NCBI GenBank assembly: GCA_017792405.1
Contig: CP051231.1
Location: forward strand, 192,626-256,625
Reading direction: 5' to 3'
Length of the DNA: 64,000 bases
Source: Oceanicola sp.
GTDB lineage: Bacteria; Pseudomonadota; Alphaproteobacteria; Rhodobacterales; Rhodobacteraceae
Below the pieces are notes generated by a model that was given only the letters and a program-made list of their open reading frames with translations, did no database searches and had not been told where the DNA came from. Of the stretch, positions 32,016 through 41,283 are shown one piece after another; position 1 is the first letter of the stretch, and each line of letters starts with the position of its first letter. The translations under genes and the position numbers were made by a program.

Positions 32016-32987
32016 ATGGAACATATCGAGTTTGCCTATTGTCTGAACGGCCCTGAGGCGGGCCAGCGGATTGACCATGAAGACCACATCGTCGCCCGGC
32101 TCAGGGCCGATGAGCTGGCTTGGGTCCATCTGGTTGCCGACCACCCCGAGACCGACCCTTGGATGGAAGAGGTGCTCGACTTCGTGGAGGCGCCGACCCG
32201 CGCCGCGCTCACCGCCAAATCGACCCGCCCGCGCAGCTCGGTGCAGGAGGACGGGCTGGTGGTGATCCTCCGGGGCGTCAACCTGAACCCCGGCGAGGAG
32301 GTCGAAGACATGGTCTCGCTCCGGGTGTTCCTGAACCCGGCCCGGATCATCACCCTCTCGCGGCGGCGGTTGAAGTCGCTGACCGAGATGCAGGAGGCGG
32401 TGGAGGCGGGCGAGGGGCCGCAGAGCGTGGGCGGCTTTCTGACCGGCGTGGTCGAGCGCATGGGCGGGCGGATCGACGAGGTGCTCTTTGAACTGGCCGA
32501 GCGCGTGGACGTTCTGGAGGATGCAGTGATTGCCAGCCCCGACCCGGCACAGCGGAGCCAAGTGGTGGACGAGCGGCAGGAGGTGATCGACCTGCGCCGC
32601 TATCTCGGCCCGCAACGCGATGCGATCGGCCAGCTTGCCAGCGGCGGCCATCCGATGCTCACCAAGCAGGACAGGCGACGGCTGGCGGAGGCCCACGACA
32701 GGCTGGTGCGCGGTGTCGAAGAGCTGGACGCCATGCGCGACCGGCTGATCGTGCTGAAGGACGAGATCGACTCCGCGGTGCAGGACAAGCTGAACCGCAA
32801 CCTCTACCTGCTGTCGATTCTCAGCGCGATCTTCCTGCCGCTTGGCTTTTTGACCGGGCTGATGGGGATCAACCTTGGTGGCATGCCGGGGGCCGAGAGC
32901 CCTTGGGCCTTCTGGGCGTTCACCGGCGGGCTGGTGGTGGTGGGCATCCTTCAGGTCTGGGTGCTGCGGCGGCTGAGGTGGATTTGA
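32016..32987 (+). CDS. zntB: CorA-family transporter, ZntB type
   Basis: TRPR, ILRGVNLN, LRRYLGPQRDA and GLMGINLGGMPG (GIN motif) with two C-terminal TM helices. Confidence 0.85.
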   Translation: MEHIEFAYCLNGPEAGQRIDHEDHIVARLRADELAWVHLVADHPETDPWMEEVLDFVEAPTRAALTAKSTRPRSSVQEDGLVVILRGVNLNPGEEVEDMVSLRVFLNPARIITLSRRRLKSLTEMQEAVEAGEGPQSVGGFLTGVVERMGGRIDEVLFELAERVDVLEDAVIASPDPAQRSQVVDERQEVIDLRRYLGPQRDAIGQLASGGHPMLTKQDRRRLAEAHDRLVRGVEELDAMRDRLIVLKDEIDSAVQDKLNRNLYLLSILSAIFLPLGFLTGLMGINLGGMPGAESPWAFWAFTGGLVVVGILQVWVLRRLRWI

Positions 32988-32988
32988 G

Positions 32989-33015
32989 GGATGGCGGGCA
33001 GATTGCCCACCCTAT
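32989..33015. repeat. REP-like hairpin (GTAG type), copy 1
   Basis: GGATGGCGGGCAGATTGCCCACCCTAT, 23/27 identical to 63971-63997. Confidence 0.7.
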
Positions 33016-33049
33016 TGGCAGAGCGACCGGCACATGAAACATTTGCCTC

Positions 33050-33078
33050 TTGCCAACCGGCAGCGCCTCTCTTATCCA
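33050..33078 (+). promoter_or_regulatory. Sigma70-type promoter of tRNA-Trp
   Basis: TTGCCA-N17-TATCCA followed by a GC-rich discriminator. Confidence 0.55.
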
Positions 33079-33091
33079 TCGGCCCGGCCTT

Positions 33092-33167
33092 AGGGGTATA
33101 GCTCAGTTGGTAGAGCGACGGTCTCCAAAACCGTAGGTCGCGGGTTCAAGCCCTGCTGCCCCTGCCA
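33092..33167 (+). tRNA. tRNA-Trp (CCA)
   Basis: 76 nt; acceptor stem AGGGGTA/TGCCCCT, D loop AGTTGGTAGAGC, anticodon loop CTCCAAA, T loop GGTTCAAGCC and encoded CCA end. Confidence 0.97.
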
Positions 33168-33274
33168 GGCCCTTCCAGATACGACCTTTTGCGCCGCAGC
33201 GTAGCGATGGACTTGGGCTTGCCCCTCCGGTAACCAAGGCCGGACGAATTTATGTTGCGCGGAGGATGAGCCCG

Positions 33275-34921
33275 ATGGCCGAGATCGAACGGGAATCGAT
33301 GGACTACGATGTGGTGATCGTGGGGGCCGGGCCTGCCGGGCTTTCGGCGGCGATCCGGCTCAAGCAATTGGATGCCGATCTCGACGTTGTGGTGCTGGAG
33401 AAGGGCTCGGAAGTGGGCGCGCATATTCTCTCCGGCGCCGTGCTGGACCCTTGCGGGCTCGATGCGCTGATTCCGGACTGGAAAGAGAAGGGCGCGCCGC
33501 TCAACACGCCGGTCACCAAGGACAATTTCTACATCCTCGGGGAAGAGGGCAAGCTGCGGGTGCCGAACTTCCCGATGCCGCCGCTGATGAACAACCACGG
33601 CAACTACATCGTTTCGATGGGCAACGTTTGCCGCTGGATGGCGGAGCAGGCCGAAGAGCTGGGCGTCGAGGTGTTCCCCGGAATGGCCTGCTCGGAGCTG
33701 ATCTACGAGGGCGACCGGGTGAAGGGCGTGGTGGCCGGGGAGTTCGGCAAGAAGCCCGATGGCACGCCGGGCGACGGCTATGAGCCGGGCATGGTGCTGA
33801 ACGGCAAATACGTGTTCCTGAGTGAAGGCGTACGCGGCTCGCTGGCCAAGGAAGTGATCGGCAAATACGGGCTGTCTGACGGGCATGAGCCGCAGAAGTT
33901 TGGCCTTGGCATGAAGGAGATCTGGGAGATCGACCCGGCCAAGCACCGCGAGGGCACCGTGACCCATACGATGGGCTGGCCGCTGGGGGGCAACGCGGGT
34001 GGCGGCTCTTTCATCTATCACCTTGAGAACAATCAGGTTTACGTGGGCTTCGTGGTTCACCTGAACTACAAGAACCCGCATCTCTTCCCCTACATGGAGT
34101 TCCAGCGGTTCAAGCATCATCCGATGGTGGCGGAGCTGCTCGAGGGCGGTAAGCGCGTGGCCTATGGCGCGCGGGCGATTTCTGAGGGCGGATACCAGTC
34201 GATGCCCAAGATGGTCGCGCCCGGCGTGGCGCTGCTGGGCTGCTCGGTGGGCATGGTCAACGTGCCGCGGATCAAGGGGAACCATAACGCGATGCTCTCC
34301 GGCAAGGCCGCCGCAGAGGCCGCCTTTGAGGCGATCAAGGCGGGTCGCGAGGGGGATGAGCTGAGCGCCTACGAGGATGAGGTGCGTGGCGGCGCGATTG
34401 GCAAAGACCTCAAGAAGGTGCGCAACGTGAAGCCGATGTGGAGCAAGTGGGGGCTGTGGCCGTCGCTCGGGCTCGGCGGGCTTGATATGTGGACCAACAA
34501 CCTCTTCGGGTTCAGCCTGTTCGGCACGCTCAAGCACGGCAACAACGACGCGGATGCCACCGGCCTTGCCGCCGATTACCCGGCCATCGACTACCCCAAG
34601 CCGGACGGCAAGCTGAGCTTTGATCGGCTGACCAACGTGTCTTTCTCGATGACCAACCACGAAGAAAGCCAGCCCTGCCACCTGACGCTTAAAGACCCCA
34701 GCGTTCCGATCCAGTTCACCCTGCCGAAATATGCGGAACCGGCGCAGCGCTACTGCCCGGCGGGGGTGTATGAGGTGGTGGAGAAGGACGGCACGCCGGA
34801 GTTTGTCATTAACTTCCAGAACTGCGTGCACTGCAAGACCTGTGACATCAAGGATCCGCCGCAGAACATCCACTGGACGGTGCCGCAGGGCGGCGACGGG
34901 CCGAACTACCCGAATATGTGA
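33275..34921 (+). CDS. Electron transfer flavoprotein-ubiquinone oxidoreductase
   Basis: VGAGPAGLSAA, GAHILSGA and C-terminal CPAGVYE...NCVHCKTCDIKDP 4Fe-4S motif. Start 33275 fits the GGAGG spacing (alternative 33266). Confidence 0.96.
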   Translation: MAEIERESMDYDVVIVGAGPAGLSAAIRLKQLDADLDVVVLEKGSEVGAHILSGAVLDPCGLDALIPDWKEKGAPLNTPVTKDNFYILGEEGKLRVPNFPMPPLMNNHGNYIVSMGNVCRWMAEQAEELGVEVFPGMACSELIYEGDRVKGVVAGEFGKKPDGTPGDGYEPGMVLNGKYVFLSEGVRGSLAKEVIGKYGLSDGHEPQKFGLGMKEIWEIDPAKHREGTVTHTMGWPLGGNAGGGSFIYHLENNQVYVGFVVHLNYKNPHLFPYMEFQRFKHHPMVAELLEGGKRVAYGARAISEGGYQSMPKMVAPGVALLGCSVGMVNVPRIKGNHNAMLSGKAAAEAAFEAIKAGREGDELSAYEDEVRGGAIGKDLKKVRNVKPMWSKWGLWPSLGLGGLDMWTNNLFGFSLFGTLKHGNNDADATGLAADYPAIDYPKPDGKLSFDRLTNVSFSMTNHEESQPCHLTLKDPSVPIQFTLPKYAEPAQRYCPAGVYEVVEKDGTPEFVINFQNCVHCKTCDIKDPPQNIHWTVPQGGDGPNYPNM

Positions 34922-34931
34922 GGCGGCGCCG

Positions 34932-35345
34932 GTGGCCGAGGCGGTCGCGGCCTTCGTCGAAGAGTGGTTTCGCGGGTGCGGCGCAGTCGATCCGGATGAT
35001 ATCTTCGGCTCGACCGACTGGGAAGGCGATGACGCCGACGAGTTTATCGACGGCTTCTCCGAGCGGTTTGGCGTCGATTTGGGCGGGTTCGTTGACGTGT
35101 TCCATTACGACCCGGACGAGCCGCCGATGGGGCGCTTCAGGTTACTTGGGCCGGACGGACAGAAGCTGGAGCGCATCCCCCTAACGCTCGCGATGCTGGA
35201 GGCGGCGGCGCGGGATGGGCGCTGGGCCTATCCCTATCCGCCGCATGAGGTGAAGACGAGCCGGGTGCTCGGCGTCGCTATCTGGGGGCTCTTCATCGTC
35301 ATGGCCTGCTTGGCGGTGATCGAGCTGGGGCGCCTCATGCTCTGA
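34932..35345 (+). CDS. DUF1493-like small acidic membrane-anchored protein
   Basis: GAGG then GTG at 34932; GDDADEFIDGFSERFGVDLGGF motif and a C-terminal TM helix. Confidence 0.6.
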   Translation: MAEAVAAFVEEWFRGCGAVDPDDIFGSTDWEGDDADEFIDGFSERFGVDLGGFVDVFHYDPDEPPMGRFRLLGPDGQKLERIPLTLAMLEAAARDGRWAYPYPPHEVKTSRVLGVAIWGLFIVMACLAVIELGRLML

Positions 35346-35470
35346 ACTCCGCGTCACGATGGCGCGAGATTCCGCGTGACAAGGCCTGTCGCGCGGCGGG
35401 ATCGTATTGTTTTGGTAAGCGCGGAGGACTACGCTGCGCGCAACCCGAAGAACAGAGGTCAAAGAGCCCC

Positions 35471-37189
35471 GTGATGATCCCCTCCCTGCTTCGTTCGGCT
35501 GCCGCGCTTGCGCTGGCCGTGAGCACTGCCCTTCCCGCCGCTGCACAGCAGGCCGACCGGGGGCTTGCAGGCTCCTACCTCGCCGCCCGCGTGGCGAGCT
35601 TCAACAACGATTTCCGCGCTGCCGCCGACTATTACACCCGCGCCCTCGTGCGGGACCGGGACAATGCGCTCTTGATGGAAAACGCCATCTTGGCCTTTGC
35701 CGGGCTGGCCGATTTCAACGCTGCCGTGCCGATTGCGCGGCAGATGGTCGACACCGTCGGCGAGAGCCAGATCGCGCGGCTGGTGCTGATGAGCGATCAG
35801 CTGAGCCGGCAGCAATTCCAAGAGGTGCTGGACGGGCTGGCCGAGGGCCAGACGGTGGGGCCGCTGGTGGACGGGCTGGTGCGGGCGTGGTCCGAGCTGG
35901 CGCTGGGCAACATGGACAATGCGGTGGAGAGCTTTGATGCCGCGGCCGATGACACCGGCCTGAAGGCCTTTGGCCTCTACCACAAGGCGCTGGCCTTTGC
36001 CGTGGCCGGAGATTTCGAGGCCTCCGACGAGATCTTCTCGGGCCGGGAGGCCGGGCCGCTGCGGCTGACCCGCCGGGGCGTGATTGCCCATGTGCAGGTG
36101 CTCAGCCAGCTGGGCCGCAATGCCGATGCCATCGAGCTGATGGAAAAGGCCTTTACCCGCGATCTGGACCCGGAGCTTGCCGCGATCCGCGATCAGCTTG
36201 AGGCCGACGAGACCCTTGCGTTCGACGTGATCCGCTCGGCGGATGACGGGCTGGCCGAGGTCTTCCTTTCGGTGGCCGGGGCGCTGAACGGCGAGACCAG
36301 CGACAGCTACACGCTGCTCTATTCGCGCAGCTCCGAATACCTGCGCCCGGATGATAACACCGAGGCACTGCTGCTCTCTGCCCAGTTGCTCGACCAGATG
36401 GAGCAATATGTGCTGGCCGTGCGCACCTATGACCGGGTGCAACGGAGCGACCCGGCCTTCCACGCCGCCGAGATGGGCCGCGCCGAGGCGCTGCGCAAGG
36501 ATGACAAGGTGGAGGCCGCGACCGAGGTGCTGAGCCAGCTCGCCAAGGCCCGCCCCGACATTCTGGGCGTGCATATCGCGCTGGGCGACGTGCTGCGCGG
36601 GCAGGAGAAGTGGAAGGAGAGCGAGGAGGCCTATGACAAGGCAATCGCGCTCTTCGAGGAGGATCTGGAGACTCATTGGATCGTCTACTACGCGCGCGGC
36701 ATCACCCGTGAGCGGCTGAAGACGTGGGATCTGGCAGAGACCGACTTCCGCAAGGCGCTGGAGCTTCGGCCCAACCAGCCGCAAGTGCTGAACTACCTCG
36801 GTTACTCCTACGTAGAGATGGGCGAGAACCTCGACGAGGCGCTCGACATGATCGAGCGCGCGGTGGCCGAGCGGCCTGACAGCGGGCATATCACCGACAG
36901 CCTCGGCTGGGTGCTCTACCGCCTTGGTCGCTACGAGGAGGCCGTGAGCCACATGGAGCGGGCGACCGAGCTGCTGCCGGTGGACCCGATCGTGAACGAC
37001 CATCTGGGCGATGTGTACTGGGCCGTGGGCCGCCAGCTCGAGGCGCAGTTCCAGTGGAAGCGGGCGCTTTCCTTCGACCCCGAAGAGGAAGACGCCGACC
37101 GCATCCGCCGCAAGCTGGAAAAGGGTCTCGATGCGGTGCTCTCGGAAGAGGGCGCGGAGCCGCTTGCGGTGGTCAATGACGAAGGTTGA
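35471..37189 (+). CDS. Exported TPR-repeat protein
   Basis: Signal peptide and TPRs (VLNYLGYS, DSLGWVLY, DHLGDVYW); usual position upstream of ispE. Confidence 0.9.
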   Translation: MMIPSLLRSAAALALAVSTALPAAAQQADRGLAGSYLAARVASFNNDFRAAADYYTRALVRDRDNALLMENAILAFAGLADFNAAVPIARQMVDTVGESQIARLVLMSDQLSRQQFQEVLDGLAEGQTVGPLVDGLVRAWSELALGNMDNAVESFDAAADDTGLKAFGLYHKALAFAVAGDFEASDEIFSGREAGPLRLTRRGVIAHVQVLSQLGRNADAIELMEKAFTRDLDPELAAIRDQLEADETLAFDVIRSADDGLAEVFLSVAGALNGETSDSYTLLYSRSSEYLRPDDNTEALLLSAQLLDQMEQYVLAVRTYDRVQRSDPAFHAAEMGRAEALRKDDKVEAATEVLSQLAKARPDILGVHIALGDVLRGQEKWKESEEAYDKAIALFEEDLETHWIVYYARGITRERLKTWDLAETDFRKALELRPNQPQVLNYLGYSYVEMGENLDEALDMIERAVAERPDSGHITDSLGWVLYRLGRYEEAVSHMERATELLPVDPIVNDHLGDVYWAVGRQLEAQFQWKRALSFDPEEEDADRIRRKLEKGLDAVLSEEGAEPLAVVNDEG

Positions 37190-38033
37190 GGCCTTCGCCC
37201 CGGCCAAGATCAACCTCGCCCTCCACGTTACAGGCCGCCGCAGCGACGGGTATCACCTGCTCGACAGCCTCGTGTGCTTTGCCAATGTGGGCGACCACCT
37301 GACACTGACCGATGCGCCGGGGATGAGTCTTGGCGCCTCCGGCCCGTTCGGCGCCAGCGTGCCGCCCGGGCCGAGCAACCTTGTGCTGCGTGCCGCCGAA
37401 CTGATGGAGGCCGAGGCCGAGCGGCTCGGCGTGCCGGTGGGCGGCGTTTCCATCCAGCTGGAAAAGCACCTGCCGATCTCGTCCGGGTTGGGCGGCGGCT
37501 CTGCCGATGCGGCGGCGGCGCTCCGGGCGCTCTCTGACCTTTGGGGCGTGCCGGTGCCGGGCGTTCACCGGCTGGCCAAGGAGCTGGGCGCGGATGTGCC
37601 GGTGTGCCTCGATCCGGGCGCGTCTTGGCGGATGCGCGGGATCGGCGAGGAGCTGACCCGGCTGGAGCGAATGCCGCAGCTGAACCTGCTGCTGGTCAAT
37701 CCGCGCGTGCCGGTCTCGACGGCGGCTGTGTTTGGCCGGATGGAGCAGCGCGACAATGCCCCCATGCCGGAGCCGCCCGAGGCCCCCAGCCGCCGCGAGC
37801 TGGTGGAATGGCTGGCTTGGCAACGCAACGACCTAGAGGCCCCGGCCTGCTCGCTCGCGCCGGAGATCGGCGAGGTGCTGGAGGAACTGCGGGCGCAGGA
37901 GGGCGCGATGCTGGCACGGATGTCAGGCTCGGGCGCCTCATGCTTTGCCATCTTCGAAGACAATGAGGCCCGCGATCGGGCGGCCGGTGTGCTGCGCGAG
38001 GACTGGCCGGAGTGGTGGGTGGCCGAAGGCTGA
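37176..38033 (+). CDS. ispE: 4-diphosphocytidyl-2-C-methyl-D-erythritol kinase
   Basis: APAKINL, GLGGGSAD, LGADVP and RMSGSG. Start set at MTKVEAF. Confidence 0.93.
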   Translation: MTKVEAFAPAKINLALHVTGRRSDGYHLLDSLVCFANVGDHLTLTDAPGMSLGASGPFGASVPPGPSNLVLRAAELMEAEAERLGVPVGGVSIQLEKHLPISSGLGGGSADAAAALRALSDLWGVPVPGVHRLAKELGADVPVCLDPGASWRMRGIGEELTRLERMPQLNLLLVNPRVPVSTAAVFGRMEQRDNAPMPEPPEAPSRRELVEWLAWQRNDLEAPACSLAPEIGEVLEELRAQEGAMLARMSGSGASCFAIFEDNEARDRAAGVLREDWPEWWVAEG

Positions 38034-38049
38034 GCGCAGCCGTTCGGGC

Positions 38050-39060
38050 TCAACGGATGCGGGCCACAACGTAATCGGCAAGGTCGATCAGCATGTCGCG
38101 CATCTCGCTGCCGGGCAGGGGGGCGAGGGCGGATTTGGCGCGGTCGGCCCAGGCGGTGGCCTCGGCGCGGGTGGCCTCCAGCGTGCCGTGCTTGGCGAGC
38201 AAGCCGAGCGCCGTTTCCAGATCACCCTCTTCCTGACGGCCCCGCTCGATGCAGCGCTTCCAGAAGTCACGCTCTTCCGCATCGGCCAGCGCCACGGCCT
38301 TGATCACCGGCAGGGTCAGCTTGCGCTCGCGGAAATCGTCACCCACGTTCTTGCCCGTCGCCCCGGCGTCGCCCGCGTAATCGAGGTAGTCGTCGACGAT
38401 TTGGAAGGCGATGCCGAGCGCGTCGCCATAGTCGAAGAGGGCGCGGGTCACATCATCGGAAGCCCCGGCGATGACCCCGCCTGCCTCGGTGGCCGCCGAG
38501 AAGAGCGCCGCCGTCTTGCCGCGAATGACCTTGAGATAGATGCTCTCGTCGGTGCGCAGATCCTGCGCCGCTGAGAGTTGCAGAACTTCGCCCTCGGCAA
38601 TTGTGGCCGCCGCGTTGGAGAGGATCGAGAGCACACGCAGGTTGCCGGGCTCGACCATCAGCTGGAAAGCGCGGGCGAAGAGGTAATCGCCCACCAGCAC
38701 CGAACTTTTGTTGTCCCAGAGCAGGTTGGCGGTGGGGCGGCCCCGGCGCTGGGCGCTTTCATCGACCACGTCGTCATGCAGCAGCGTGGCGGTATGGATG
38801 AACTCGACGGTTGCGGCGAGATGCACGTGGTAGGGGCCAGCGTAGTTGCACAGCCGCGCGGCGGCGAGCACCAGCATGGGCCGCAGCCGCTTGCCGCCTG
38901 CATCGATCAGATGGGCCGAAACCTCGGGGATGCGGGGCGCGTGCTCGGAGGCCATTCGCTCGGCGATCAGGGCGTTCACCGCGTCCATCTCGCCCGAGAG
39001 CGCATCGGCCAGCCGCTCGTGTGGTTTGGTCTCTGCCGTCTTCTGAGCTGCGTTCAGCAC
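38050..39060 (-). CDS. ispB: Long-chain polyprenyl (octa/decaprenyl) diphosphate synthase
   Basis: GGKRLRP, LHDDVVD, GKTA and IVDDYLD. Start is uncertain (GTG 39060 or 39066). Confidence 0.9.
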   Translation of the reverse strand: MLNAAQKTAETKPHERLADALSGEMDAVNALIAERMASEHAPRIPEVSAHLIDAGGKRLRPMLVLAAARLCNYAGPYHVHLAATVEFIHTATLLHDDVVDESAQRRGRPTANLLWDNKSSVLVGDYLFARAFQLMVEPGNLRVLSILSNAAATIAEGEVLQLSAAQDLRTDESIYLKVIRGKTAALFSAATEAGGVIAGASDDVTRALFDYGDALGIAFQIVDDYLDYAGDAGATGKNVGDDFRERKLTLPVIKAVALADAEERDFWKRCIERGRQEEGDLETALGLLAKHGTLEATRAEATAWADRAKSALAPLPGSEMRDMLIDLADYVVARIR

Positions 39061-39118
39061 GTTCACCCTCTCGTCACCCCGCTCGACAGCTCGTGCTGCT
39101 GCGCTTAAGTCTTTGTCC

Positions 39119-39337
39119 ATGAAGGCCGTTCTACGCACCACCGACCCGACACAACTCGCATTCGCCAAGGCGCTCCTGACCGGCGAGGATATAACTTGCT
39201 TCGAAATGGACGTCCATATGAGCGTGCTGGAAGGCTCCATAGGCGTATTGCCGCGGCGGCTGATGGTGGCGGATGCCGACCACGAGGAAGCGGCGGAGGT
39301 GCTGCGCGACAACGGTGTTGAAGGTGTTGTCGACTGA
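39119..39337 (+). CDS. DUF2007-family small protein
   Basis: LRTTDP...FAKALL...MDVHMSVLEGSIG.LPRRLMV. Confidence 0.85.
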   Translation: MKAVLRTTDPTQLAFAKALLTGEDITCFEMDVHMSVLEGSIGVLPRRLMVADADHEEAAEVLRDNGVEGVVD

Positions 39338-40088
39338 GCCGCGCTGCGATGGCTTCCTTGGCGGTCGGGTGCAGGCCTGGCAGCCGGCGGGGGGCTATCG
39401 GGCCGGAGTGGACGCGGTGCTGCTGGCCGCATCGGTGCCGGGCCTGCCGGGAGAGACAGCGCTGGAGCTGGGCGCGGGCGCGGGGGTGGCGAGCCTCTGC
39501 CTTGCCGCGCGGGTGCCGGGGATGGCGGTGACGGCGGTGGAGCGCGACCCGGGCTACGCCGGGCTCGCCCGCCGCAACGGTGCGGCCCACGGCGACAAGC
39601 TGGAAGTGGTGGAGGCCGACCTTGCCGCGCTGCCCGAGGCGGTGAAGGCCCGGCGATTCACCCATGTGCTCTTCAACCCGCCCTATTTTGACCGGACCCG
39701 TGGCCCCGCCTCGCCCGATGCCGCGCGCGAGATGGCGATGGGCGAAGAGACGCCGATGGAGATTTGGGTCGATGTCGCCGCCCGCAGGCTGGCGCCGGGA
39801 GGTTGGCTCACGGTGATTCACAGGGCCGAGCGGATGCCCGAACTGCTGGCCGCGCTGGTGAACCGGGGCGGCTTTGGCGGGGCGGCGGTGCTGCCGCTCG
39901 TGGCGCGGGCGGGCCGGACTGCGAGCCGGGTGATCGTGCAGGCCCGCAAGGGCGGGCGGGCCGAGGCGCGGCTGCTGGCGCCGATGGTGCTGCACGAGGG
40001 GCCACTGCACGAGCGCGATGGCGAGGACTACACTGCCGAGGTTCGGGCGATCCTGCGCGAGGGCGCGCCGCTCACCCGGTTTCTGTGA
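39327..40088 (+). CDS. tRNA1(Val) A37 N6-methyltransferase-like SAM methyltransferase
   Basis: FLGG..QAWQP..GYRAGVDAVLLAA, ELGAGAG and NPPYF. Start is approximate (TTG 39327 or GTG 39324). Confidence 0.85.
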   Translation: MSTEPRCDGFLGGRVQAWQPAGGYRAGVDAVLLAASVPGLPGETALELGAGAGVASLCLAARVPGMAVTAVERDPGYAGLARRNGAAHGDKLEVVEADLAALPEAVKARRFTHVLFNPPYFDRTRGPASPDAAREMAMGEETPMEIWVDVAARRLAPGGWLTVIHRAERMPELLAALVNRGGFGGAAVLPLVARAGRTASRVIVQARKGGRAEARLLAPMVLHEGPLHERDGEDYTAEVRAILREGAPLTRFL

Positions 40089-40226
40089 CAGGACTGTGAA
40101 GTTTTAACCCTTTGGTAAGCTTTGCACTTGACCTTTACCCTCAGCCGATTTGCGCAGCCCACGTGACACGACTCGGATTGTGTGCTGCACTGGCCCGGCT
40201 GAACCATCACAAGAGAGGAGATACTC

Positions 40227-40391
40227 ATGTCCGTGACTGCCCATCTTCAGGAGCTCCGTCGCAAACACCAGGTACTCTCGGCCGAAGTGGAAGAAGCGCA
40301 ACGAAGCCCCGGGGTGAGTGACCTAGCCATCGCGGAGATGAAGAAGCAGAAGCTCAAGCTGAAAGAAGAGATCAGCCGACTGGCGACGTAA
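40227..40391 (+). CDS. YdcH/DUF465-family small coiled-coil protein (54 aa, absent from the ORF track)
   Basis: MSVTAHLQELRRKHQVLSAEVEEAQRSPGVSDLAIAEMKKQKLKLKEEISRLAT, with a strong GAGGAG RBS. Confidence 0.88.
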   Translation: MSVTAHLQELRRKHQVLSAEVEEAQRSPGVSDLAIAEMKKQKLKLKEEISRLAT

Positions 40392-41283
40392 GCTTCGCGA
40401 GTTTTGCGGCGCGGCGGCTGGCCAGAGCGGCCAGCACCGCGCCCAGCGTGATCAGGAGGGCGGAGGCGGCCAGCCACTCGGTCGGCTTCGCCACACCGGC
40501 GAGCACAAGCGCCAGCGTGGAGAGCAGAGGGGCCGCATAGGAGGCGGTGCCCAGAAGCTGTATGTTGCCGCGCTTCATGCCGATATCCCATGTATAGAAG
40601 GCCAGTCCCACGGGGCCGAGGCCAAGCGCGAGCAGGCTGGCCCAGCCGAGGCCGTCCTGTGGCCATGCGGTTTGCTCCAGCGCGAGGTGGGCCACCCCGG
40701 AGAGCACCGCGGAGGCGAGGCAGAAGAGGGTGACGACCTCTGAGGGCGCCTCCCCCATCCGGCGCGAAAGAACCGAGTAGCCCGACCATGTGAGCGCGCA
40801 GGCGAAGGCGAGCGCGTAGCCCAATGCCCACTCGCGGGTAAAGCCGCCACCGCCCTTGGAGATCAGCAGTGCCGCGCCGGCAAAGCCAATGACGGCACCG
40901 AGGATGTGACCGGGCCGCAGCTTTTCGCCCGGCAGGAGGCCGGAGAAGAGCACGATGAACAGAGGCCAGAGGTAGGCGATGAGCCCGGCCTGCGCGGGCG
41001 GCGCCACGCGGAGGGCGGAGAAGTAGAGCAGGTGGTAGCCGAAGAGCCCGAGGGTGCCGAAGGTGATGACCTTCCACCCGGGCTGCACCATGCGGGCGAA
41101 GCCGCCGGGCCGCGCTGCGCACCAGCCAAGGCCGATCAGCCCGCCGATGGTGAAGCAGATTGCATTCAGCTGAAGCGGCGGCACCGGCTCGGAGCCCACC
41201 GTGAAGAGCGCCAGCAGTGCCCAGAGCAGGATGGCGACAAAGCCGATGGCGGTCGCGGTTGTGCGGCTTGGAGTGGTGCTCAC
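40372..41283 (-). CDS. DMT/EamA-family exporter (YddG-like)
   Basis: About ten TM helices, AILLWALLALFT and LIAYLWPL. GTG start overlaps the LysR stop. Confidence 0.88.
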   Translation of the reverse strand: MSTTPSRTTATAIGFVAILLWALLALFTVGSEPVPPLQLNAICFTIGGLIGLGWCAARPGGFARMVQPGWKVITFGTLGLFGYHLLYFSALRVAPPAQAGLIAYLWPLFIVLFSGLLPGEKLRPGHILGAVIGFAGAALLISKGGGGFTREWALGYALAFACALTWSGYSVLSRRMGEAPSEVVTLFCLASAVLSGVAHLALEQTAWPQDGLGWASLLALGLGPVGLAFYTWDIGMKRGNIQLLGTASYAAPLLSTLALVLAGVAKPTEWLAASALLITLGAVLAALASRRAAKLAKLTSPVG

